Origin: Naegleria gruberi
Taxonomy: Eukaryota
NCBI GenBank assembly: GCA_000004985.1
Contig: GG738848.1
DNA: 64,000 nucleotides
Direction: 5' to 3' (one strand)
Shown here: in pieces, positions 29,592-39,400 of the stretch
Layout: the number at the start of each line of letters is the position of its first letter
How positions within the stretch are numbered: the stretch's first letter is position 1
Program-made: the position numbers and the translations under genes
Notes under the pieces: model-generated
Seen by the model: only the letters and a program-made list of their open reading frames with translations
What the model was told of the DNA's origin: nothing
Database searches by the model: none

Positions 29592-30329
29592 TTATTCACT
29601 TTCATTAATTGGCTTGATCTCATCATCTTCTAATTCTTGATTTCCATTCTTATTCTTCTTCATCTTGTTGATCACTCTACGGACAAGTCCCAATACTTTC
29701 AATGCGATGAAACTCATCACAATGAAACCACCATTAAGCATCATGACAATAAAAACCTTCCTTGGAATGTAAGTGACATTTGGTGGAACCATTGTTAAAT
29801 CATTGAAATTATTAAGGAAACAATAATATTTCGTAAGGGGTTGCATACTTGCCAATACTTCATTGGCCAATGAAAAACTTGTGGTAACAACGCCTGAATA
29901 GAGAACTCCATCACTCGGAGTGTTGACCATTGATACTAGCCAAGCTGGTGAATAACAAGATCCTCCAATAGAGCACGTCTCTGCACTCTTTGGAATCGTA
30001 CGCCTATCAGATTCTTCTCTCGAATAGACCGGTGTAATAATTGTCTCTGAATTTTGATAATACAATGATTTCAGATGAATTGGAGTAACAAAATTGAATT
30101 CTCTCTTTGCAATCTCACAATCATAAGCAGTACATCTGTGCTCATTCAATGAGGATAAAATCATCTCACACGAACGAATGGTTTCCGTATTTTCCAATCC
30201 ATATTGTCGGAAAAACTCTGTCAATATATAAGTAAATACCACAATGGAAACAATTAGAGTCATTAAGAGAATGAACCGAATAGGATCCTTCCTTGCCAAT
30301 TCCTTAATCTGCTCCAATTTATCTAACAT
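29592..30329 (-). CDS. Hypothetical two-TM membrane protein with Cys-containing luminal loop
   Basis: 245-aa ORF. N-terminal TM (IRFILLMTLIVSIVVFTYIL) and C-terminal TM (VFIVMMLNGGFIVMSFIALKVLGLV). Acidic tail. Confidence 0.45.
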   Translation of the reverse strand: MLDKLEQIKELARKDPIRFILLMTLIVSIVVFTYILTEFFRQYGLENTETIRSCEMILSSLNEHRCTAYDCEIAKREFNFVTPIHLKSLYYQNSETIITPVYSREESDRRTIPKSAETCSIGGSCYSPAWLVSMVNTPSDGVLYSGVVTTSFSLANEVLASMQPLTKYYCFLNNFNDLTMVPPNVTYIPRKVFIVMMLNGGFIVMSFIALKVLGLVRRVINKMKKNKNGNQELEDDEIKPINESE

Positions 30330-30997
30330 TGATTTTTTTCTTTTTGATTTTAAAATCGCGAATTTCCATTGAGCTTAATACTATTTCCAACCAACTTCCA
30401 AGATAAAGCTAGTTCGTGTAACTAGTTAAAGATATTACGGCATGTTACCTGTTGTTGTTTTTTAAAAGATTTGGAAAACGATCAAGCTTCTTATTATCGA
30501 GAGTTAAGATAACATGATGTGCCACCATGCCAATTTTAAGATCAATCCACTGATATCAAAGCCAACAAGCCCAAACTCAAGAAGTGTTAATGTTGAATGG
30601 TTATGTGAATGCTCATGTGTAACTCAAGTGCCCTAACTTCCTTATACTCAGTCAATTACAACAGATCTACCCAAACTTTTCTTTTCTTGTTCAATATTTT
30701 CAATATTCTTGATAGGAAACAATAGACAATATATTGTTTTAATTTCACTCTACAGGAACACCTTTGGGACTTCATTCTTCCACAATCAAGAGCAAGTTTT
30801 CCGGTTGTAAATCATTCAATGAAATTGAGAGAGGATTCGTATAGGAGTTTGTTTCTAATGTTTCTAATGATGAGAAGAGAAAAAATCTTGGTCACCACTT
30901 GGATATGAGCCCGATGAAAAGGCAAATATCAAGGTTGACTAACCGATTTGTGTTAAAACTAATCAAAAAAAAATAATCAAACATCTGACACTTTCAC

Positions 30998-33556
30998 ATG
31001 ACATCCGTCAATAAGAACAAGGCTCTGTTTGAAAAGCTGGATGCCAGCGCAGCCAAAGACCAGCACATTTTGAATGGTGGAGCTACAACTACTGTACAAA
31101 AGAAACCATCATCAATTTCAACATCCAATAATTCGTCTAGTTTCGGCAAAGCAAAATCATCAAATAATAATAATACTAAAACAACCAATAATAATAATAC
31201 CAAAACGACAAATTCATCATCCACTTCATCATCATCCTTTCTAAACAAGACTAATAGTTCACCATCATTGAAATCGAATAATAATTCGAATAGTGCTTCA
31301 GCAACCAAGACCACACCAACTCCACCTCCTTTCAAACAAACCACCACAACTCCCACTGCGCCACCAAAAACCAGCACAGTTTCCACCACTTCTGTCAATT
31401 CACTCAACAAACTATCAACCAACAGTCAATCAAGTCCAACCTTGAAAAGTACTTCAACCACCAGCAGCAGTATTAACAGTCCTAGTGGTAGCACACGTAA
31501 AGCACCTCCTCCACCATCATCCTCTTCATCATCAGCATCATCAACTTCTCCTAAACTGCCATCAACACCAAGTACGTCAGCCATCAAAAAAACATCAAAC
31601 ACTCCAAGTACTCCAAGCACACCAATTTCTGCACTTGTGGACAATGATTACTTTAGTTCAATTACTAAAGATGTTCCAAAGAGTGAAATTAAAATATCTG
31701 GTCCTAAAGGATTGACACACGTTGGTCATGCCTCAACTAATGATCCAACTGCATTGTTTAAGAAAAATGCTCGATCTCAAACGATTACTGGTGGAGAACT
31801 TTCGAATAGTTCAACAAAGAAGAGGGATGGAGTGAGTTTTGATGTTCCTGTAAGTGAAAAGAGTGAAAAGAAGGATGGAGAAGCATCTGGTTCGAGTGCT
31901 AAACAAGTTTTGAATCAGGCAACTGATAAATTGAAAAGTGGAATGTCCAAGATGACCAATTTGGTCAAGACTACTTGGGCTGCTGTTGGAAATGATAGTC
32001 CATCTACTCCAACCAGTAGCTCCAGCTCTAGTGGTAGTAGCTTAACAAGTTCTAAGAAATCAAAGCCAAAGAAATTGCCACCAGTTCCAAAACCTGCAAA
32101 TTCAGTTCGTGTTGCAAATACCAAAGTTGTGAGTATTTACATTCCAGAGAATGATGCTTCCGAACATGATCGTGAATTGGAAAAGACCAGAACTGAATTG
32201 GAAAAGAGAAAGACCATGATGAACGAGAAAATTAAGGAAGAGGAAAAGAAGAAATTAGCAGAAATGAAACAAAATATTCTCCAAGAGGAGCAAGCCAAGA
32301 AGAAACAATTGGAAGAAACATTACAAAAGGAAGAACGTGCCAAATTGGAAAAACTTGAAAAGGAACTAGCCAGTTTATCAGACCAAAAGAGAGAAGAACA
32401 ACTTAAACAATTGAGAAATGAAGAAGCCAGAAGAAAGGAGAAAATGCTCTCTGATTTGGACAGAGATGCCAAGACTAAGATTAAGGAAATCGATAGTCAA
32501 GTTCGTGCTGAAAAAGAAGATCGTTTGAGACAACTCGAAGAGGAAATGAGAAAAGAAGAAGCTCTTGCCAGAAAGGACATTGAAAAGAAATTCAAGGAAG
32601 AGGAATTGAAAAAGAAACAAGAACTTCAAGCCAAGATTGAAAAGGAAGAAAAGGAAATGTTGCAACGTATTCAAAAGAAACTCCAGGAAGAGGAAGAAAG
32701 AAAACTCAAAGAGCTCGCTCGTAAAATGGAAGAAGAAGAACAGCAACGATTGGAAAAGATTAAAGCCAACTTGAAAGAGATTGAAAATGCTAAAAAGCAA
32801 ACACCTCAACATCAAGAAGTTTCACAATTGAGAAGAAAGTCAGTCACTGCTCGTCTCATGCAGGAAGAAGAAGAAAAGATCAAACAATTAAGTCAACAAA
32901 TTAAACAAGAAGAAATGAAACGAATTGAAGAATTGGAAAAGAAGATGAAACAAGAAGAACAAGAAAGAAAGCAAAGAATGAAACAAGAACTCGAACGTCT
33001 CGAAGACGAACAACGTCAACTCTTAATGCAACAATTGGAAGAAGAGAAACGAAAGCTCCAAGAAAAATTCCAAAAGGAAGCCGAAAAGGAAGCTGAGGAA
33101 CACCGAAAGAAACTCCTAGCTCAAAATTCTGCAATCATTTCGAATAATGTTTCAGTTCCACCACCTCCTCCATCTTCTTCATCATCAGGTTCTATTCCTC
33201 CACCTCCAGGTGGTAGCTCTCTTCCACCTCCACCTCCAACTGCCATTCTTCCTGTCTCTACTCCAAAAATTGAAATTCACATTGATTTACCAGAACTCTC
33301 TGGAAGAGGTGACTTGTTAGAAAGTATCAGAAAGGGAGCTAGTTTAAAGAAAGTCACTACAGAACAAATCAGCAAACCTCAATCCTCAGGAAATGCCATC
33401 ACTAACATGCTCAAAAAAGCCCTCGACCAAAAACGAATTCACATGGCAGACGAAAGTGATGAAGAAGAAAGTGAAGACGAAGATGATGAATGGGATTCAG
33501 AAGCTCACAATTTAATTGAATCTAAAAAGAAATCATTAGTCAACTCTGATGAATAA
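30998..33556 (+). CDS. Arp2/3 nucleation-promoting-factor-like protein: S/T/N-rich N-terminus, long E/K coiled coil, poly-proline (FH1/profilin-binding-like) region, WH2-Central-Acidic tail
   Basis: 852-aa ORF. PPPPPSSSSSGSIPPPPGGSSLPPPPP, then WH2 GRGDLLESIRKGASLKKV, an amphipathic C-region NMLKKALDQKRIHMA and acidic DESDEEESEDEDDEWD with a conserved Trp. This is the classic VCA arrangement. The antisense ORFs here are low-complexity artefacts. Confidence 0.65.
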   Translation: MTSVNKNKALFEKLDASAAKDQHILNGGATTTVQKKPSSISTSNNSSSFGKAKSSNNNNTKTTNNNNTKTTNSSSTSSSSFLNKTNSSPSLKSNNNSNSASATKTTPTPPPFKQTTTTPTAPPKTSTVSTTSVNSLNKLSTNSQSSPTLKSTSTTSSSINSPSGSTRKAPPPPSSSSSSASSTSPKLPSTPSTSAIKKTSNTPSTPSTPISALVDNDYFSSITKDVPKSEIKISGPKGLTHVGHASTNDPTALFKKNARSQTITGGELSNSSTKKRDGVSFDVPVSEKSEKKDGEASGSSAKQVLNQATDKLKSGMSKMTNLVKTTWAAVGNDSPSTPTSSSSSSGSSLTSSKKSKPKKLPPVPKPANSVRVANTKVVSIYIPENDASEHDRELEKTRTELEKRKTMMNEKIKEEEKKKLAEMKQNILQEEQAKKKQLEETLQKEERAKLEKLEKELASLSDQKREEQLKQLRNEEARRKEKMLSDLDRDAKTKIKEIDSQVRAEKEDRLRQLEEEMRKEEALARKDIEKKFKEEELKKKQELQAKIEKEEKEMLQRIQKKLQEEEERKLKELARKMEEEEQQRLEKIKANLKEIENAKKQTPQHQEVSQLRRKSVTARLMQEEEEKIKQLSQQIKQEEMKRIEELEKKMKQEEQERKQRMKQELERLEDEQRQLLMQQLEEEKRKLQEKFQKEAEKEAEEHRKKLLAQNSAIISNNVSVPPPPPSSSSSGSIPPPPGGSSLPPPPPTAILPVSTPKIEIHIDLPELSGRGDLLESIRKGASLKKVTTEQISKPQSSGNAITNMLKKALDQKRIHMADESDEEESEDEDDEWDSEAHNLIESKKKSLVNSDE

Positions 33557-33652
33557 AAAATTCAAGTAACACAAATAATAAATTTATAGTTTACAAAAAA
33601 TTAGCGCGCCCAAAACTTTCCACCAAAATTTAGAAAATCAAAATCAAAAAAA

Positions 33653-34555
33653 ATGCCAAAAGCCGCCAGCAAAAAATCCACAGAATCAAATTCTTCGTCA
33701 TCACCAAGCACTTCACAGAAGACAACTGCTCCTGCTGTAAAACCACTCACCAAGCCAAAGATTAAATCCTTTCCGTGCGCACCAGCTTTTGAATGTAAAA
33801 GTGGTGAATTATTGTGGGGTCAACTTCAACACATGATCAAAGGCTCTTCGGCTACGAGTCATGATACTTCGAATGGTCCGATCACTTCAGGATTTGGAGG
33901 AGGAACCATTTTGCAGAGCACTTTTAGATATAGATTGGCTGCTAGGAAGGGAAATTGGATTGTGGAGAGATTTGAATCGGAGAGTGGTTTTGGATTTGTT
34001 GTTCATCATGAAGATTTGAGTGGACAGGAATTGTTGGATCGATGTGCAAAGATTGGTATTTCGAATGGACAGACACACGATGATCACAATATTGTCTATG
34101 TGAATCGTTATGATTGGAGTTATCACAGTGGAGATCAAGATGAAGTTTCGAGGGAGGTCAAGCAATTTATTACTCCACCAAAGAAGAGTAAGAAGAAGAG
34201 TGATTCAAGTGATGAGGAAGATGACTTCTCATGTGACGATAATGAATTTTTGGATGAAATTGGTCAACTCTTTGCTGGTAGATTGATTTTGTTGGATGCT
34301 CCTGAATACCAATCATATATGAAATTGGTTGCTTCTGGTAAACATCCTGAGAATGGAGATTGTGTACAATTTAAATCATCTACTGGAACTTTTTGTGGTG
34401 CTCATCTTTCAGATGCAGATACAGAATATGAGTTAGGTTGGATGATTTTCTCTGGTGAAAAGCATAAGGATTTCCCACAAGATGATGAATTTGTAGGATT
34501 TGTCTATGATTCTTCATATTGTGGATTGGAAGAGGGTCCTTTCACTATTGTATAA
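33653..34555 (+). CDS. Hypothetical protein
   Basis: 300-aa ORF. Ser-rich N-terminus, acidic internal stretch. No recognisable motifs. Confidence 0.45.
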   Translation: MPKAASKKSTESNSSSSPSTSQKTTAPAVKPLTKPKIKSFPCAPAFECKSGELLWGQLQHMIKGSSATSHDTSNGPITSGFGGGTILQSTFRYRLAARKGNWIVERFESESGFGFVVHHEDLSGQELLDRCAKIGISNGQTHDDHNIVYVNRYDWSYHSGDQDEVSREVKQFITPPKKSKKKSDSSDEEDDFSCDDNEFLDEIGQLFAGRLILLDAPEYQSYMKLVASGKHPENGDCVQFKSSTGTFCGAHLSDADTEYELGWMIFSGEKHKDFPQDDEFVGFVYDSSYCGLEEGPFTIV

Positions 34556-34990
34556 TAATATTGTAAAGTTTTAATTTTTACTGTAAATTGCCTTTATTGA
34601 CATGTTTCTTGGCTAATTGAATTTACATTTAGTCGGGCCATTCAAAATTTAAAACAATTGTGTGGTGAGGTTCTAAAAGTGAAGGATAATTGAAAATTTT
34701 GGCATTTATCCAATATGTCCAATAAGTTTTAACCTAAAACAAATCCCTCGCACAAAACTCTGCTGCAGAATAATAGAAAAAAAACACCATGCTTCATTTC
34801 ATCCTGTTGTTATTGCAACTTGTATTCAGTTCATTCTCGTTTTTTGAGATTTTGGATGATGAGTTGATTTATGGTGATCACCAGCAGGAGAGTATTGATT
34901 CTTTGCCAGATTTATAAATTCCCGTTCTGAAATCTTTTGCCTTATTTTGAAGAAATTTGTGTATTGTACAATTTATTTCAAAGATGACAC

Positions 34991-35999
34991 TTAATAATCA
35001 TCCAGTCCAACATTATGACATTTAATATTAATGTCACACAACTGTTTCTTTTCACTCATTTGACTAAGGTTCTTTTTGAATAACACTTTGCGTCCTTTTA
35101 CAAGTTGATAAAGAGGATAATCAAAGTTCTTAATATATTCTGCAAGCTCATAGAAACCTCGATCTTTGGCAATTAACTCTGGACTCTTCTCCAGAGAACA
35201 AGACTTGTTCTTATCACATCCCTTCTTCAATAAATATTTCACTACTGAAAAGAATCCAAAATTTGCTGCAATCCAAACAGATGTCTTCACACAAGTTAAC
35301 TTATAGATAACAATTTGATACTTACTTGCTTTGACTGGTTTCGGTGGTATTAAAATTGATATTAATAAGGTATTTCATTATTACTTACTGGCTGTAACCA
35401 TGAAAAGTAACCATGAAAAATCCACAATTATTAATAGTCATTGTATAAAATAGTGTTGGTTTTAAAATTAGTGATAGGATTAAACTTACTCCATTGACTT
35501 CATCTAGTCTAGATCCTTGTTGAACAAGAACTTTCACAAGTGGTAACATTCCCTTTGCACAAGCAGAATATAAAGGAGTTCTATTGAAACACTTATCATA
35601 GGTATTGACCAATTCTGAGAGTGGAAGAATCTTCGACTTGCTGCTTGGACCTTCATGTTGATGTTGTTGCTGTTTTGAAAGAAAATTAAAGATAGATTCA
35701 ATCTTGAGCACATCACCCTTCTCTATCCAATAAACAGTCTTGAAAATTAAATATTCCAAATTAACGTCTTCCATAGGTTGTGTTTGGCCGTTTGCATTTG
35801 TTTGAACAATCCCTGCATCTCTTAAGGCATTCATCTGATGAATATTAATAGCTTCTTGGTCATTCTCCAGAGTTTGTTGATTCGGTTGGTTTCTTACTCT
35901 CAAGCCAGCTCCACCACTCGTAGTAGATGAAACTCTTCCATTAGTAGTTGCCATTTGTCTCGTAGCCGCTCTAGCCGGTTGTTGTCCTCCTTGATTCAT
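34991..35999 (-). CDS. Ankyrin-repeat protein, 2 exons (35500..35999 and 34991..~35299)
   Basis: Exon 1 ends ...TPLYSACAKGMLPLVKVLVQQGSRLDEVNG at a GTAAGT donor (intron from 35499). Exon 2 resumes after a ctataag acceptor with ...TSVWIAANFGFFSVVKYLLKKGCDKN (ANK consensus). The ~200-nt intron contains a second GTAAGT, so a micro-exon alternative cannot be excluded. Confidence 0.5.
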
Positions 36000-36476
36000 C
36001 CTCTATTGTTCCTTCCTTAACAAGCCTTAAATTTTTTTTCAGTTAATTTTTGTATTCGTTGTTGTTCGCCTCAATGATGATGAAAAATAAGCGCTGAGGT
36101 TCAAAGCAAGAAGATGGTTGTTGTTTTTTTTCTTAATGTTGTTTGCAAGTCCTTTTTAATAATAGCATTTTGGCGCCTTATTTGCAAATAGAGATCCACC
36201 ACAGCCGTCGTTCAATTGTTTGGATTGGAATATAAAATTTGTTGAGGATGTTATTGTTTGAATTTCATGGTTGGAAACATGGAATTAGATTGTATGGAGT
36301 GTATTTTTAAAGTCTGTTCACTCGTTCAATTATTTGTTTCTTTAACAATAAGAATCTGTTTGTGGTAATTTTTTGCATTGTATTGAAATTGTTGATTGGT
36401 GAAAAGTGGTCTGTTTGAATATGTAAATCTTGTAACAATTATGGTGTGGATTCATTACATGCTTTCAGTTTATTTT

Positions 36477-39400
36477 TCAAAGTCTTATTTTATCTTCGTT
36501 TTCTTCAGTTTCTTGTTGTTCTATAGCTTGTTGGTCATCAACTGGTGGATATGTTTCTTCCTTTCTATCCATGAAGAATGCCCTAGTACTGCCCATCAGG
36601 TTCAAACTATTACGAAGAGATGCATTGTGCATATTTTCAGCTCTCATTCTGGTAGATCTAAATGATGCGAACTTGGAGTTTGATTCTGGTTGACTTGTGG
36701 CTGATTGTACTTGTGTTAGTTGTTGTAAATGTTTGAAAACTTCAACTTCTACTGGATTTTCATGATCTACATTATGAATTACAGACCCTCCAAAACTGAC
36801 ATGAGCATTAGAATCTGCACCTTCCTCTTGATGAGGGAAAATTTCAAGTGGATCAACGTGATGTTTCTTCTTGAGTAAGTAGGTCTGGCAAAGTCCTTTT
36901 CCTTTCACATCAATTTTCCGTTCCTCAAATTCCATTCCCAAATCGTGAACTCTTTCATAGGTAGTTCTAGAAATTTGGATACGACCTGGTTCTCCTGTTG
37001 ATTCCATTCTTGAGGCAGTATTGATGGTATCTCCCCACAAGTCGTAGGCAAACTTTTTGATTCCAATCACACCAGCAACAACTGGTCCTGTATGTAGGCC
37101 GACACGAATGTTTACATTGGTATTCTCGCTGCAATTGTATTCCTTGATTACCTGAAGTGTATCAATGGCGAATCTCAATGACCTTTCAGGGTGATCTGAT
37201 TGAGCATTCAAATCAATACCTCCAACACAAAAGTAAGCATCTCCAATGGTTTTAATCTTTTCCAAATTATACTTTTCAGTGAGCAAATCAAATCCATTCA
37301 CAATAGCATTCAACATTAATACAAGTTCAGATGGATTCATTCCAGAACTAATTCTTGTAAACCCAACCATGTCAGAGAAGAATACAGTTACATCATTGAA
37401 TTTTTCAGCAATGAATGTCTCTCCTCCCTTCAATTTGGAAGCAACACTCTCTGGCATGATATTCAACAATAACTGTTCAGATTTCTTCTTCTCTTCAGCT
37501 AGTAACATGTTTTGCTTCTTCTCAGGTGTGAAATCCTTGATGAAACAACTAATAACTGGCTTCTTGTTGAAAATACTAACAAACAAATTGACTTTGGAAG
37601 GGAATTTGGTTCCATTCTTTCTGTAGCATTCCAATTCAAGAGTTTCACCAAAAGGTTGTGTTGCATTGACCATTTGTTGAATAATGGTTTCCAAACGTTG
37701 TCTATTATTATCGGAAGGATCGAATAGCTTGGTGAGCTTTTCTCCTAAAACATCACTATTAGTCATGCCAAACATCTTTTGAGCAACTGGATTGAAAAGT
37801 TCAATGTCACCTTGTGAGTTACACAAAATGGCTCCATCAACTGCTGCATTCAAAATGGCTCTCACCTTACCGTCTCCACCACTACCTTCTTCTTCGTTGG
37901 TTTGTTTCTTTGATATTCTTAATTTGCTTGGAAGATTATTGAAAAGAGCAAATTGTTTCAACTCTTCATTGGATTCCATAGCCTCAATTGGAAGGTAGTT
38001 GAGTAAACTTCTTAATTGGTTGGATTGATCCCAAATATTTTGAATTAAACCATATGTCAAATATCCTAAAATTGCTAAAATAATAAATCCAAAAACAGAA
38101 AATAGGATGGTAATGATGAGATTTGGAACTGACATTGATGATGAATAGAAAGTAAACAAGTTCAAGAATTTTTGCAACAAAATATTGCACTTGTCATCTG
38201 TAGTAAGCATTGTCTTGTAAAGGTCAATCAACTTGTAATTACTAAAGTAAACATCCTCTGAAAATGTATTACTAGCCGTAGAGAAATCAACAATTAAATC
38301 ATTAATACTACTACAAGAGTAATAGGTGGTATTAGTACAGTTGGTACTTTCAAGAATAGCCGTAACTTCAGTGCTTGATGACGTAAATGAAGATTCATAT
38401 TGTAAATTATTCCAATAACTTGCAAGTGATCCCGTCAGTGCCTTATTCTCATCATGGAAAGAGTCAATTTCTGAAGATGTTATCAGCCTGGGGTCATTGA
38501 TACTGGAAATGTCTGCATATCTCTTGGCAATAAAAATCTCCGAAAGTCTAAATGTTATAGAGACAGAGGTGGTCATAATTTTAACACCACTTTCAATATT
38601 CTCGAGTGCAAGTATTGCTTTTTGGGAGTCTAATTGAAAATCCAAGAAAAGCATAGACATGCAGCATACTGTCAAGAAAATAGTCGCAACAATCAAGAAG
38701 GAAACTGAAAATTGAGGTCTTTCAAATAATGTAGGATCTTTCACATCAATATCTTCACCACTCTTTGATTCCAAGTGGTGATAGATTTTTCCAATATAGT
38801 CCTTTGTGATTGATCTTGACATGAACTTGATTGTTGACTTAATTTGTCTCAATTTAAACGTAGAGAATGCCACAAAAACAATTGCAATAATACCATAAAC
38901 AGATATCGAAATAGCATAAAAGTAAATAAACTGCTCTTGCAACATTGTGTACTGTTCCTTATTTCTTTGTAAAAATAATTCACACATGTTTGAAAAACTA
39001 GCGGTTTGAACTTTTCTATTCTTCCAGAAAAACATAAAGTTAGAAGCAGTTGTTGTGTTTGAATATGATGTCATGTCCATTGCCAAATATTCATTGGTGT
39101 TTTTGATTATAATATCATTGATTTCTGAAAGGGAGGCATTTCTCTTTTGATTGAAAGAGTCTGCACTTGTAAAGTTGTTATCATAGTAAACAACTGGTAA
39201 ATAAAGATCATGAGTAGAACTGGTAAAATCAGATAGCATTCCTTTTGTGAATTTTGATGCTGATTTCTTGAGAGATTGAAGAACTGTTACATATGTTCTA
39301 ACTCTTGCCTTGTGTGCTGCAAAATAGCTTGTTGTACTGTTGGATCCATTGACCATAGTTGCAGCAATATCGTTACTGTACAATGGAAACATCTTGTTAA

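Noticed and set aside
30994-33134. Several minus-strand and alternate-frame ORFs (30994..31422, 31426..31644, 31915..32124, 32137..32472, 32378..32815, 32901..33134, 31485..31715)
   Set aside because: They lie entirely within the low-complexity S/T-, E/K- and Pro-rich coding sequence of the VCA protein. Their compositions (poly-L/F/V) are mirror images of the sense codons, typical of shadow ORFs.
36396-36665. 89-aa plus-strand ORF at the 3' end of the PAS-cyclase
   Set aside because: It overlaps the cyclase stop and 3' region and is hydrophobic low complexity, so it is a shadow ORF.
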